A DNA stretch of 64,000 bases from Amoebophrya sp. A120 (taxonomy: Eukaryota; Protista; Dinoflagellata): contig CAJINV010000002.1 in the NCBI GenBank assembly GCA_905178155.1, positions 10,952,634-11,016,633 on the forward strand, read 5' to 3'. The notes beneath the pieces were generated by a model. That model was not told the DNA's origin and did not search any database. It saw nothing but the letters and a program-made list of their open reading frames with translations. Positions 1-12,544 of this stretch are shown here, in pieces. Positions within the stretch are counted from its first letter, which is position 1, and each line of letters opens with the position of its first letter. Made by a program: the position numbers and the translations under genes.

Positions 1-3000
1 AAACTTTTGCGGCTGACCTGGAAAAAGTACAGCAAACTTCCAAGGAGGAGCTAGAGGCTTTTCAAAAAGCTAGCTCCGAAGAGATCGAGTTTCTGAAGGC
101 CAAAAACGCCGAGGAGCTCGAGCGCGTTAAGCGAGAGGCCGCAGCAGAGAAAACCCGGGAGCTGGAGAAGCTGCGAATGCTGAACAGCAAGGAGCAAGCC
201 AAGCGGCTGCTGCAGCAGGAGCAGGAGCTGCGGCTGATCCTAGACGCGGAGCTGGAGAGCGCGGAGCGGAAAAAGGTCGCAGCGGTCCAGGACAAAAACC
301 AGGAATGCCAGACAGCGTTGGAAACAAAGGTAAAAGAACTAGCGACCCAGCACACCGCCGCGCTCGAGGCGGTGCAGCAAAATTACGTGGAGAAGATGGA
401 AAAGCAGCGGGCACAGTTCGACACCGAGATGACGGAACGGTTCGCCCTTGCGGAGCAGCTGAAAGCCAACCACGTGGGCGAACTCGGGAAGTTGCGCGCG
501 GACTGCACCGCCGAAATCCAGGCTTTGAAGGCGGATTTGGCGCTGCAGCACGCCGCGGAAGTCAATGACCTGAAAAAGCAGTATGCAATGACGATGGAAA
601 AGATGCAGGGCGAGCACGCGGAGAGGGTGACAACGACGCACAGTGACCATAGCGCACTTCTGCAGTCGAAGGAGGCGGATTTCCTGCAATCTCTCGCAGC
701 GAAGGATGTGGAACTAGCGGAGCTAAAGGACGCTCACGAAGTAACCCTCGACACGATGCGCAACCGCCACGCGGACGAGAAGGAATTTCTGACAGAACAC
801 CACGAAACCAAATTTTCGCGTCTCGTGGAGGAGACGGAAACAGCGAAAGACGCAGCGGACGAGCGTTTTCGCGCCACCACGAGCACGATGGCCTCGGAGC
901 ACGAGGAAAAGCTGACGTCGCTCGAGCGCGACCACGCTCTAGCACTGCAGGAACTGCAGCTGAAGGCTGACGCCGAAGCGGCCAGCCTGGTCCAAACCCA
1001 CAAGGCCGGGCTGCAGGAAGTAGAGCAGCTCCACACCAAGCATCTCGAGGCGGTCAAGCGAGACCACGCGGCCGCGATCGAGGAACTAGAGGCGAGTCAC
1101 AACACCGCAACCAGGCGCCTCCACGACGAGTACGCAAACACGCTGGACCGGGTGCACGAGGAGCAGGACGCGCGGGTCAAGGAGCTGCGAAAGGAGCACG
1201 AGACGGAACTTTTCGACAAAACCACCGAATTGTCAAACCAGCATGCGGAGAAAACGAAGAAGCTGCAGAACCAGCACGAAGAGGAGCTCACCGCGCTGGA
1301 GGAGCGAACGGCGTCGGACATCTCGCAACTGAAGGCCGGGCACCTGCGCACCACCCAGATGCTGGACCAGGCCCACCGCGCCGAGATTGACACCCTGCGG
1401 GAGGAACACAAGGCGGTGCTGGAGGAACTAAGCATCGCCAACGGCGCGGTCGTCGAGGAAACCGAGAAGAGAATAAACAAAATCGAACAGGAGCTCACCG
1501 AGAAGGTGCGACAAGTGCAGGAAGCCAAGAACGTCCTGGAGCAGCAGCGCGTCGCGGACCTCGCGGACCAGCGGGCGCAGTACGAGTCGCAGCTGAACGA
1601 CGTGCTGGAGGAACACGAGAAGGAAGTAAGCAAAGTGGAGAAGGAGGTGCGGCAGGAGTTGGAGGACGTCGGTAGACTATCCTGTGCAAAAGTATCGTAC
1701 TCGTAGTAATCGCAAACATGCATTACAAATCTTGCTCTTAAGGTTTTATTTCTCATGCTGAGAAAATTTGTAATGCATTTATTATACGAGTACGATAGGA
1801 TACTTTTGCACAGGATATAGACTCGCGCTCGAGCAACTGGACGAAAATCTTCGTGCGCAGTTATTACAATGAAAAATGCCCCCACCCCCGAACTTGGGAG
1901 CATTTGTATTCGCAAACCTTTCCAAATGAAACATTCGCCCTCTTGCATCTATCAGCATCACAGGTTTTCAATCGTGAATAGCAAAAATTTGTATTGCAAA
2001 AGGCCCCAGCAAGAGCGGCGCTTGCCATGCAAGCTATGCGATACACGCCTACATTCTGCATCAGAAAGATTCATACTCCTTTCATGCATGACAAAAAGTT
2101 TTCATTTGTAAACTTCGCATCACAAATTTTTGCAATTTAGGGGTGGGAGGCACTTTTCACTGTAATAGCAGTTCGAGGAGGAGCGCGCGGCCTTCACCGA
2201 GGAGTATCGGAAAGAGTTGGAAGTCGAACGGAAGAAGCACGGCGCGGAAGTGCAGGACGTGAAAAAAATGTTCGAGGATAATGTGGAAGAGAAGCTGAAA
2301 GACCACGAATTGGAGTTGGAAAAACTCTCAACAAACCACAACGCCCGACTGCAGGCAGAAGCGGATGCGTGGGCCGTCGAAAAGGCGGAAATCTTGGAAA
2401 AGTGCGAAGAAAAAATATCAGCCCTGGACGCACAGGTCCAGAGGTTGCGGGCGCAGCACGGTGCCGAAATTGAGTCGCTGAAGCAGGAGACAGACCAAAA
2501 GGTCGCTAGCTTGCTGGACGCGAAACGGGCGGAATGGGGCAAGAAAGAGCAGGATTTGTTGGACAAGTACGAAAAGATGGAAAACGAAAATTCGCTGCAG
2601 CTCGCGAAGCAGGCGGAGCAACACTTTGGTAAACAGCAGCAGTTCGACGAGCACGTGTCGCGCTTAAAAGAGGACTGCGACGCGAAACTGCAGAAACAGG
2701 AGCAGGAGATGGTCAACTCAGTCGCAAACGCTAGGAAAGAGGTTGAAAACGATTTCACGGACAGAATACGAGAGTTGAACGAAAAGCACCACACCGTCCT
2801 GAAGCAGGAGCAGGAGAAGGCGGTGCTCGCAGCGAAAGCCGAGAGTGAAAAGGTCGCCGCCGGGACAGCCCTCAGAGAGGCTACGTTCAAAGAGAAACTG
2901 GCGGAGGCGGCGGCGCGCCACGAGGAGGCGGTGGAGCGCGAAAGAACGGCGAGCGCGGAATTCCTCGAAAAAGAGAAGAAGATCGCAACGCAGCGCGAAA

Positions 3001-5545
3001 AAATCGCTTTGGACCAATTGAGAAACGAGCTGGAGGCGGAAATGTGGAGTCTCAAAAACGATTTGGAGAGCCAGCTGAAAGCCGAGAAGCGAGCAGCCGA
3101 GGAAATCCGATTGCTGTTGGAAACAGAGCGGGCGAGGGTGTTTGTTTTGCGAAGGCAGTGTTTGCATTTTTCAGGATGTCAAAATCTACATATCGATTGC
3201 TCCGTAAGGGTGTTTCCGAGTGTCGTGTGAAATCCACAGAATGTATGAAAAAATTAAGATTAAGAGATGAAATTAAATAGGTTCTGGAGCAGCGCAGCCT
3301 GCACGACAAGTCGGACTCCGCGAACCAATCCAAAGTCCAGGAGCTGCTGGACCAACATGGCAAGATTCAAAACGATCTGCAGAGCGAGAACAAACGGCTC
3401 AAGGACCGAATGGAGGACGCGTGGTCAAAAATTCCGAAACTGGAAGATGTCATCGCGGCCAAAACCTCGGAAAGAGCTAGCGTCGAAGCGAAAGTGCAGG
3501 AAACTGAAGAAAAGGTTCTCGCCCTCGAAACCGCAAACGCGGTGCTACAAAAGGAGGTGGTAGTGCGGGACCGCAAAATTGAAGACTTGCCGGCGGAAGT
3601 CCGCGGCCAGTGCCTGGACGAATTTGCAGTCCGCGAGAAGGAACTGCAGGCACGCATCCACGAGCTCACCACTTCCTCCGCGGCGGTGCGCGAAGCCGTG
3701 GAGCAGGAGCGGTCCGTGCATTTTGACCGCCTCACGCAGCTGCGCACGGACCACGCGGGGGAAGTGCAAAGTTTGAAAACGGAACACAGCCAATACGTGC
3801 AGTCGCTGCGGGACGAGCACCACGACCAGCTTCGGCGGAACGAAGAGTTCCTCGGCGACACGATGGCACAGCGCCTAGGTGTTATTGTGTCCAACCCGGC
3901 CTCGGCGGACGAACGCGAGAAAAAGCAACGCGAATCCTACGAAGAAAAACTCGCTCGCGTCGCCGAAGACTTGGCAGGGATGCAAAAGGAGAAAACCAAC
4001 GCGTCGACGGAAGCGGCACAGCTGCGAAGGACGTTGCAACAGAAGCAGGACGAGGTACTTGATTTCCCATTCCGAAAATCATGTATATGTTGTTTGTGTC
4101 AAAAATTTTGGTCTTGATCATGCTGCAACATTTTTGCAAATGGTTTTTTGTTCTTTTTCGGTTTTTTTGGGCGCATGGCCCAGCGTTATACCTGCGTGAT
4201 CAACGCATCGTGTATTCAAAAAATGCGACAGCTTTCCGCACTGGAGGAGGTTCGAGACGCTCTGGAGCAGCGGGTGCGCGAGTTGGCGGAGCACTCGGAA
4301 AGCCACATCAGCGAGTTACGGGAACAGTCCCGCAGAACGAAGTATGATCTGGAACTGGAGTCGCAGCGCGCGGTCGACGCAAAAACGGCGGAAGTCACCC
4401 ACTTATCACAGGAGCTCGCGCAAACAAAGGCAGAACTGGAGGAGAAGACGAGAGAAGCAGCCGACGCGTCTGAACAGTATGTCGCCACAAATTCTGAACT
4501 TCTGCAAAAGTCGATGCACCTGGAGACGGCACAGTTGGAACTTTTGACAAAGGACACCTCTCTTCAGGCGACCAACCAGGAACTCGCGCAGACTTCCAAG
4601 GACGTGGAGCAGCTGCGAACGGAGGTGAGCCGGCTGTTTTCCGAGAACGCGAAGATGCAGCGCGACTTGGACGACAAGGAGGCGGAGCTGCGGCAGAAAA
4701 CTGCCGAGTTGTTCAGCGAAAAGGAGCGGGATGTCAACAACGCGGTGGCGGCGAAGAACAGTCTCGCCAAACTGTACGATAACATCCTGGCCGATGAGTG
4801 GGCCGCGCACGGCGAGGTGAAGGCCGAGCTCGAAATAAGAACGATTTCCTTGCTCGAGGAAGCCGTGTTGCAGAAGGACGGAGGTCTGGTGACAACCGAC
4901 GGCGCGGGAACAGTGCTAGTATCCGCGAACGCGTCCGCAACGCCCTCCTTGCTGCCCACACCCGGCGGCGGCGGCGGCGACCGGAGCGCACATGAACGGG
5001 CAGCGACAGCTACCTTCAACGTCAATCCAGTGCACCACCAGATTCGGGGCGTGCCACGGGGCAAAGGTTCTTCGGGAAAAGGCAGTCCGCTTTACTACGC
5101 AGAGCCGCCCGGTGGAGCCGGAGATTTTGGCTCAGAGTGTGAGTCGACCACGACTACTAGAATACAACTGGCGCCCCCAGTAATGAGGTCTGCTGTAGTG
5201 TCCGCTTCTTCGTCGAGGTGGAATCGTGATATGCAAGTAAGTGCGGATCGTGAGCGGTCGTCTCCTCACGAACAGGACCACCTCGTCGATGCGTACGTGG
5301 AAAACTCAACAGCGACGACGTCAAGCAGTAAGCTGTTTGACCCCGAGCACTACGCCGAGGCGGACTGGATTCGCCGGAACCAGGTGTTGCAAGCGGACAA
5401 CATTCGACTCATTGGTCTCGTGGCGGAACTGAAGGCAATGGTGGCGGCATTGCGGAAAGAGCTGAAGAACTCGGAGCGGCTCCGGCGGGAGGAGGCGGAG
5501 AGTAACCGGGCAAGGAGCAAGAGCTCAGCGTTGTCCTGGTGGTGA
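1..5545 (+). CDS. Giant coiled-coil protein, 5'-partial, 5 exons in window (approx. 3-1677, 1823-1861, 2173-3137, 3281-4054, 4232-5545)
   Basis: E/K/Q/A/H-rich heptad ORFs 177-1706, 2217-3230, 3410-4117 and 4148-5545 join in frame after removing two TIR elements (EDVGR|LALEQLDENLRAQ|FEEERAAF) and two GT-AG introns (3138-3280, 4055-4231). Ends SALSWW-stop. Confidence 0.85.
1678..1817. mobile_element. Introner/MITE-like element, family A (140 bp), 5-bp DR TAGAC
   Basis: TIR TATCCTGTGCAAAAGTATC...GATACTTTTGCACAGGATA. TAGAC at 1673-1677 and 1818-1822. Excision restores the frame. Confidence 0.92.
1862..2167. mobile_element. Introner/MITE-like element, family B (306 bp), 5-bp DR GCAGT
   Basis: TIR TATTACAATGAAAAATGCCCCCACCCC...GGGGTGGGAGGCACTTTTCACTGTAATA. 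GCAGT at 1857-1861 and 2168-2172. Excision gives RAQ-FEEER in frame with ORF 2217. Confidence 0.92.
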
Positions 5546-7285
5546 GCGCGATTTGCTCACTCGTGCTGTGTTGCAGTTCCCCCACTCAGGTGGAGCGAGA
5601 GTAGGACAGTGGAATCGCGGCGGAACATCAGAGGTATGCGTGCTACTCACGTAGGTGCTTGTAAAATGATTTTTCACACCTTTGCTAAGTGCAAAAGGAC
5701 AACTGAAAGCTATATATTTTGTATCAATTGACGGCTGTGGAGCTGGAGGTCGCAACGCCACTCACGAATTATACTTACTCAATTTTTCGACTCAATTTCA
5801 AATCGATGCTGTTGGCCAATGCCACAATAACCAAAAGTTTATCTATGGACATTATTTTTTCGTTATAGTGTCGACTTATTTGTGCTCCGGTCGGGTCTAC
5901 AGCCTCGACGCGTGCTAAAGTCCTTATGTCGCTTCTTCATCAAGAAAGGGAGAAGGCAAGGAGTGTACAATCAATCATGAATGCTGTCTCTGCTCAGTTG
6001 GAGCAGCCCAGAAGTGCACCCTCGAGTGTTGTATCATTGGACTGGATGAAGTATGTACAATTGGAGAAAATTAAAACGAGATCAATCCGCTGCCGGTGAA
6101 ATGGTAGTACTTTTTAGCGCAGTCAGGTCCCGTGCATTTCCATAGTTCATCCTGTTTTCGTCAGGTGTGGGCGTTAGACATTAGTCAGTCTGGTAACCAA
6201 ATGAGACGAGGTTGAAAGGTGAGCACCACGTTGGCTCGGATGGATTTTTGACAAACAACGAGAGAACCATGAGAGAAAAAAAATTGTCGACGGAACTGCG
6301 TCGACAAAGCATCACAGTAGCGGTTACCCTGTAGCACTACATGAACCGATGCTCCTACAGAGGATTGCGCGCGATCATCTCGTTGAGCTTTCAAGATTGA
6401 GTGCGAAGCCGACGCAAGTAGAGTTTGCTCTGGTTTGCTAAAAACAATCCTGGAGCGCCAATGTCAGTGTGTGTGAGATCCTGATGGAGAATGGTCTACG
6501 TCGGCATACGTGCGGGCTCAACGCTAACGCCATAAATTAGTTTCAGGTGAAGTTTCTTACTTGGCGTTCGGTTCTACAGATGGAGTTTTCGACGATCTTC
6601 TATACAAGCCTTATTTGCCCATAGATTTTGGTCCGCTACATGATCTTGGTGGCACATGGTCATGCGTGCCATGCATGAAAGGATATTGAGGATTTCCTCT
6701 GCTGGCATCTTAGGCATCACCATCAGTTGTCGAGCTTGCTGCCTCATTCGGCATCGGTGCGGCCCCGGCTCTCCTGGGACTACAAGAAATTGGCCGTCGC
6801 TGCAGCAGTAGTCTCCGCATCCGTACTGGAAGCTGGTGGGGTCCGCGATCCGACCGCCGCAAGATTGGGGCGCCTGGCTACTGTGGGCGTGGGGGAGATC
6901 GATGGTGCGGGGGCGCGCTGCGGGGAAGAGCTGGGGCGGCCGTGGGAAAAGCGCGGGAGGAGCACGGCGCCCAGAACAAGGGCGCGCCGAGGCCCGCAGG
7001 AGACTGAGGCGGCCCGAGGCCCTTCGCCCGGCCCTCGCAGGCAGGCCAGGCGCAGGGGGCCCGGTGATCTCGGGCGGCCGTGCCTGCGGTGGCCTAGGAA
7101 TGGAGGCAGTCGCCCACGAAGGCCGCGGGCCAGTCTGCCGACTTCGGCGGCCGGCCCGCGCTTGTGTGGCGCGGCTGTTCGTTGCCGCTCGGCCCGAGGT
7201 CCTCGAATGCGCGCTGACGCAGCTACGGCCAGTGAACGACGTAGCTCCGCCGCCCCGAACGAGTCGGAGAGGGCTAGGGCCGAGC

Positions 7286-7840
7286 TGGATCGTCGAACGA
7301 GTCCTCGACGTAGCTCCGCCACGGCTTGTCGAACTGGTCGCAGGGAATTCCGGCCGAGCAGGGTCATCATCGTCACCAGCTGCAAGGCGTGCCAAGGAAG
7401 AAGACGGCGTGGATTACCCCTGGCTAGTGCGGACGGAAGTGCGGGATAGAGCCAAGAAGCTGAGTCGCGACGCAACGGCATTAGAACTTGATGACGGCCG
7501 CGGACTGCCCCTTATGCGGCGGGAAGAAAATCTTCTTCGTGCATTCAGCACAGCGTCATCGACTAACAGTTATTCATGGATAGCGCAAAGAAATGCCTTT
7601 GTTTTTGTTGTAAAAACGCAAATCCACAACCGCCACTCAAGCGGTGATCAGGACCATGAGGATCTGCATTCGTGTTTGATGATGTTGTGTTGTATATGCT
7701 GAGAGGACGCCAGTTTTGCATGGCATTAGCCCTCAGGTGGAAGCAGCGCAAAAGTTTCGCCTGCCCGTCCAGAAGTTCATGGATCGGGGGTCGAGTCCTC
7801 GACGTAGCTCCGCCGCGGCTTGTCGAACTGGTCGCGGGGA
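7286..7840 (+). repeat. ~61-bp dispersed direct repeat (7286-7346 and 7780-7840) beside a very GC-rich island (~6830-7260)
   Basis: TGGATCG.....CGAGTCCTCGACGTAGCTCCGCCRCGGCTTGTCGAACTGGTCGCRGGGA occurs twice, 494 bp apart. A partial third copy (GACGTAGCTCCGCC) lies near 7238. Confidence 0.8.
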
Positions 7841-8681
7841 CTGGCGAAATCGTGCGCGTTGGTTTGTGCTGCAGAGCATGGGAGTGGGCTGCTACTTACA
7901 CAAAAGCACATGCGCGGTAAAGTAGTAGAGTGTGCGCATGTTGTGGTCGTGGCAGCTATTGTCTCCAAAGTCGTTTTTGATGAAGGCGCGGTAAAGTTGA
8001 AGAGCCTCTGCCTTCATGCGCCGGCCGCCAATTTATGGAGGTTTGTATCTTCATCGGAGTGTATCTCACATGATTGTAGGCTTAAGCCTTTTAAATCCAA
8101 TGCAATCTCATCATGCGCTAGCGCTTCCGTTTCTTGACACATGATTGGAAATGGATGTCGATGTGTTCGCATTGCCGAATCATGGCGATCGTTTCGACGA
8201 GGAGTAGATGAACGCAAGAGAGGAGCGAGCGAGCGTCCCTAGGTAGGACCTGTCAGAGAGCGCTTACAACATGTTGTCATTACCCGCTTTAGACAATGAT
8301 TTTGTCATTGTCGTGCTGACAGCAGTTCTAGTTCTACTTGAAGGATCTGCTGTTCGTTTCGTTTCCGCTAAAAAGCAACAAGGACAAATCATCCAAACTG
8401 GCCGGCCCGTGCTCTCGATGGCGTTGTCGTTTTCGCTTACAAGTATGGACCTCTTGCGCCTTTCATTTCGAATGGTAGAAAGTTAGAAGACATAGACGAC
8501 TTCGAATCGCGAAGAATATAATTATCGCGGCAACGAGATGATAATGAATGGGACATGATGTCACCCACTTTCCCGGCCAGCTATTGCGACTACGACACGT
8601 GATTGAGATTTGAGTGTGGATTCAACGTACTTTATCATCTTTCATGCGGCAAATTTCCTCGTAATTCTGATCTCCATTACC

Positions 8682-9593
8682 ATGTCTTCCTCCCCCAGTG
8701 GTGGGTCGGCGGCGGGCAAGAGTAAGATCTCACTTGCCGAGCAACTGGATCGTAGAAAGGAGACCTTCAAGTTGAGCGCGGATCACGAGAAGCAGTGCCA
8801 GGCCCTGTTTAAGAGGTACGACCATCTCCAACTCGATCTCCTGGATCGAGGCGCATTCCGAGAAGCCTTCGCAGAGCTTTGTGCCGAGTCAAACGCTGCA
8901 GGAGCTGATAGTGGGTACTAACTTAAGTAAAGTGCAATCCTGGACTTCTTGAGGACCTTTAATAGACCCCCGGCGTAGCCCTTTTATGTAGAGCGATGTT
9001 CTGAATGCAACCTCCTGAATCCGCAGTATCTTGTTTTCGCATCCACATGGTCAGTCTGAATGAACCTGTCTGACTTTTCAATCAATGGAACGAACTGCAG
9101 GCGACCACCTGGGTCACCCGGTTCTGCGGACGAAGATGGCTTTGCCAAAACTGTGTTTGACACGTGCAGTATCAAGCTTGCAATCTTTCGAGCAGTGTGA
9201 GCATGAAGCTTGCTTGCGTAAAAATTCCAAATTCAAAGAGCTGGGTAAATCGATTCCATTTTTTCCTTTTGGTTTTCTGTATCCGTGCATGAGATTTGCA
9301 TTCCGCCCGCAACGAACTTCTGTTTCTCCAGAAAGAACTGAGAATTATTGTCCTGTTGCGATGAGGAAGATGACATGACGAGTTACCTCACATTGCATCA
9401 TGATCCTCGTCTGAGGACCACGTCTTCATTTTCTCTGACTACGCAACAAGCTCTTTTCAGTCCGATACGACGCGGTGACCAGAACTATCTGACCCTGAAG
9501 GAATTCCAGCAAGTTTTCTGTCTGGTAAAAAGACAAGAGATATTGGACGAAGTGTTGCCCACAAAAAGGGCGGGCTCAAAACCGAAAAAGTAG
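8682..9593 (+). CDS. Small EF-hand-like protein, probably 3 exons (8682-8914, 9101-~9169, ~9461/9473-9593)
   Basis: LFKRYDHLQLDLLDRGAFREAF and GDQNYLTLKEFQQVF resemble degenerate EF-hand helix-loop-helix units. GT-AG intron 8915-9100. The second junction is uncertain. Confidence 0.55.
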
Positions 9594-10738
9594 TATTGCT
9601 TTGCATAAGAACTAGAGAACACATAAACATGTTGCTTGACTGCACTTACAGTGTGGATCTGGATACGGAGAGCCGCGTTTGCATGAGGAAATTCAATAAC
9701 AACGACTCTTCCTCCGATAGAGGATTGCGGTCGAGTACCACGTCCTTGTAGAGGATTCTTGATGTTCTTCCTCGGTTACGATGACACGCGTGGCCAGAAA
9801 ATGGAAAAATATCCACCAGCACTTTCTCGCCGGATCGAGAGACTAAAAACTTGCCAACTTGCAACTGCTCTCGAAGTTCAAAGATATGAGATCACTCAGC
9901 TAATGCTAAAAGTCAAATTGAATCGGTACCGAAACAGGTGAAAGTGAAGTGGAATGGGATGGAAAATGACAAGAGCGTGGAAATAAGCTCGAGTCGGTAA
10001 ATACTTCGGATTTGTGCTGCAAAGTGAGTCAGACCTCTAAGCAGATCGGTTGCTAGAGCCACGTGCAGGTAGATTCTTTTTCTTGCATTTGCATTTTTCT
10101 GGAAGACGAAGAGGCAAATTCGAGGAACAGCAGATCATCCGAAAATGTAAAATTCATCGCAAAGATCATCATTAAAAAGATCACAATAATCATTCGTGGG
10201 CTGATTTTGGTTCCCTATGATCCCTCGCGCCTAGTGCTAGTAGTGTTGCCTGTAATTTGACGTAATCATATCTTCGACTCCGATCTCGCCCTTTGAAAAA
10301 CCCTGCACAGGCCTTCAAGTTAGCGTCCTCCTGCCCACCTAGCAAAAACCTTTTCCAATACACCAATAGAGAAATTCAAATTCGACACCGTGAAGGCACA
10401 TATTAGCAAATACAAAGTCACACACTTTTTACTTATACCTGTAAATAAGCAAAACATAACTTATTAGAAACGACACCCAAAGCAAAAAAAAAACATCTGT
10501 AGTCATTAACGTTACGAGCATTTACGATATCATTTTTTCCGTACTGTCTGAGTCAGAGCAGCATTGAATTTGGAATTGATATTACGAGAGACCACAGACG
10601 CAGTTGTGTAGCTAGCACGAAAGACAAAAAGCTTTTCAGTTACAACTGTTATCCGTTAGTCACTGCATTGATTGTCATCGCCTTTTCTGCGTCTGAAGCC
10701 TCACTTTTTCTCTTTTTCCAACGCGTTTAACCATCAAA

Positions 10739-12544
10739 ATGTTCCGAACTTTTTTCGTCCTATCTGTCTTTCCGGTTGCGCTCGAGGGAAGCGAGTTTCG
10801 GGCAGATTCTCCTGTTTTCGATAGTAGCGGAATCGGAATAGTGGTACCAGATGTCATTGATCATAAAGATTGTCCAAATCCTCTAGATCCGGTTTACGGG
10901 GTACCTGCAGGGTTCGTACCGCGCCCCGGTCACACTGGCAGCAGCAGCAGCTCGTCGGCTCCGTGTGCGGCATCTGGTGCTGATATATTTCGCTCAGCGA
11001 AGCAGGAAAGCAGAAGTAGCGGACGAAGTGCACAAGATTTTCTCCCGAATCCGGAACAGAAGTTTGTGGCTGTACGTACGGTTGGCGGACGAGAAATCGA
11101 CCGCCTGCGGACCGATGGGGTGCTCACGCATACGGATTTCGCTCGAATCGAGAAAATTCTCGGAATTGACCGGACGAGGAACAGGGTGAAGTTGATTGGC
11201 TTGGGTAGTACTGCAACAGCAACAACTCCTGGCCGTCCACTTGCCTCCGCGGTCGCGCGAGGAACAGCGGACCCGCATGCACCGTCACGGCATCGCGCAA
11301 ATTCTTCTAGTCCGCCCCGCAAGAAGAACGGAAGAAACAAGATGACTTCGCGGCACCGCTCTCCTAGCGCAGGGTCCGCCCGCGGTAGGCGACAAAGAGC
11401 GGAGCAAGCCAACAGAGAAGTAGCTGATTTAGAATTGGAAGTCGGCCAGCGCGTGCCCGAGACTCTGCAATCGATTCAGGCAGTGGTCACTGCTCGCTAC
11501 CGCACTGCGTTGGACAACCTCCACGAATTGTTGTTTGCCGAGAAGTCGCAGTTTCTGCTGGCGCGTCTCCGTACCACGATGGAGGAGGATGAGGAAGCGA
11601 ACAAGCAGTTGTTAGCGAACAAGCTCCTCGAGTTGCTCGTGACCACGGACGAGACCGGAGACTTAGTTCTGCCTCTCGACAACGACAACACGCTGACCCT
11701 CGAGGACTTGGAACATAAAATTGCCGGTCCTTCGGGAGTGTTGAGTGACGTCTCAAGGGCCGGAAGTTGGGGGCCGGATTGGATGCAGTTCGACCCCCGC
11801 ACGAGTGATGCAGACAAGCTCTTGCAGGTTCGATCTCATGGCGGTATACTCGAAATGCATGCCGTGCTCCACGATTGGCGAGGTGTTTTCATTCAGGATA
11901 CAACATGTTCATCCTATGCAAGAAACGCCGAGGGAGCAGAAGCACAAGATGAAGAGGTGGAGGCAGCTGCCATTTGTGCCGCCTCAAGCGCGAGGCCCCC
12001 GAGCGGCCAGATGATCGCCGCAACTGGTAACCAGAAGGCTGACGACGGTGCAGCTCGCCGGGCTCGGGAGGAAGTCCCGAGACGCGAGTTCGATATCGAG
12101 TACACATTTAAACGAGCAGCTGGAGGGGTTGACGCAGCGAATCCTGGTGCCGTAGCGGGACCTTTGTCAGACGGGGTGCGCCGATCGCCGCGTGTTGGCC
12201 GCCGCAAGGGGCACGACGACGACGACGTTCTCACCGGGCTAATCTTGGCACGCAAAAGTGTTCAATGGAATTATTTGGATGGTCGTGAGCATGATGAGCC
12301 GGAAGATATGTACAGTTTTGCTGTCGATGGATTTGAAAACACCAACAACGGAGCAAAAGTGCAGATACGTCTTCGCGGGTTGGTGTCGCATGACCGTGAC
12401 GAGAGCGACTCAGATGACGGAGCGCAAGCGGGGCCTCAAAACTTCGAGTTTCAGATCGAGGTGACTCGTGCCGACGGAGATATCTACTCCCTTAGGGTGA
12501 TGGAAGCCCAGGCTGACGTACCGGTTCCTACTGGCGGTCAGTAG
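10739..12544 (+). CDS. Intronless hypothetical protein (601 aa) with predicted signal peptide
   Basis: Long ATG-initiated ORF with hydrophobic N-terminus MFRTFFVLSVFPVALEG, a basic patch and acidic segments. No family recognised. Confidence 0.75.
   Translation: MFRTFFVLSVFPVALEGSEFRADSPVFDSSGIGIVVPDVIDHKDCPNPLDPVYGVPAGFVPRPGHTGSSSSSSAPCAASGADIFRSAKQESRSSGRSAQDFLPNPEQKFVAVRTVGGREIDRLRTDGVLTHTDFARIEKILGIDRTRNRVKLIGLGSTATATTPGRPLASAVARGTADPHAPSRHRANSSSPPRKKNGRNKMTSRHRSPSAGSARGRRQRAEQANREVADLELEVGQRVPETLQSIQAVVTARYRTALDNLHELLFAEKSQFLLARLRTTMEEDEEANKQLLANKLLELLVTTDETGDLVLPLDNDNTLTLEDLEHKIAGPSGVLSDVSRAGSWGPDWMQFDPRTSDADKLLQVRSHGGILEMHAVLHDWRGVFIQDTTCSSYARNAEGAEAQDEEVEAAAICAASSARPPSGQMIAATGNQKADDGAARRAREEVPRREFDIEYTFKRAAGGVDAANPGAVAGPLSDGVRRSPRVGRRKGHDDDDVLTGLILARKSVQWNYLDGREHDEPEDMYSFAVDGFENTNNGAKVQIRLRGLVSHDRDESDSDDGAQAGPQNFEFQIEVTRADGDIYSLRVMEAQADVPVPTGGQ

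Noticed and set aside
9170-9467. Possible degenerate TATC...GATA element as intron 2 of the EF-hand-like gene
   Set aside because: Element+5 removal is in frame (VFDTCSGDQNYL), but TIR and DR (TGCAG/CGACG) are too weak and in-frame GT-AG alternatives exist. Unresolved without cDNA.
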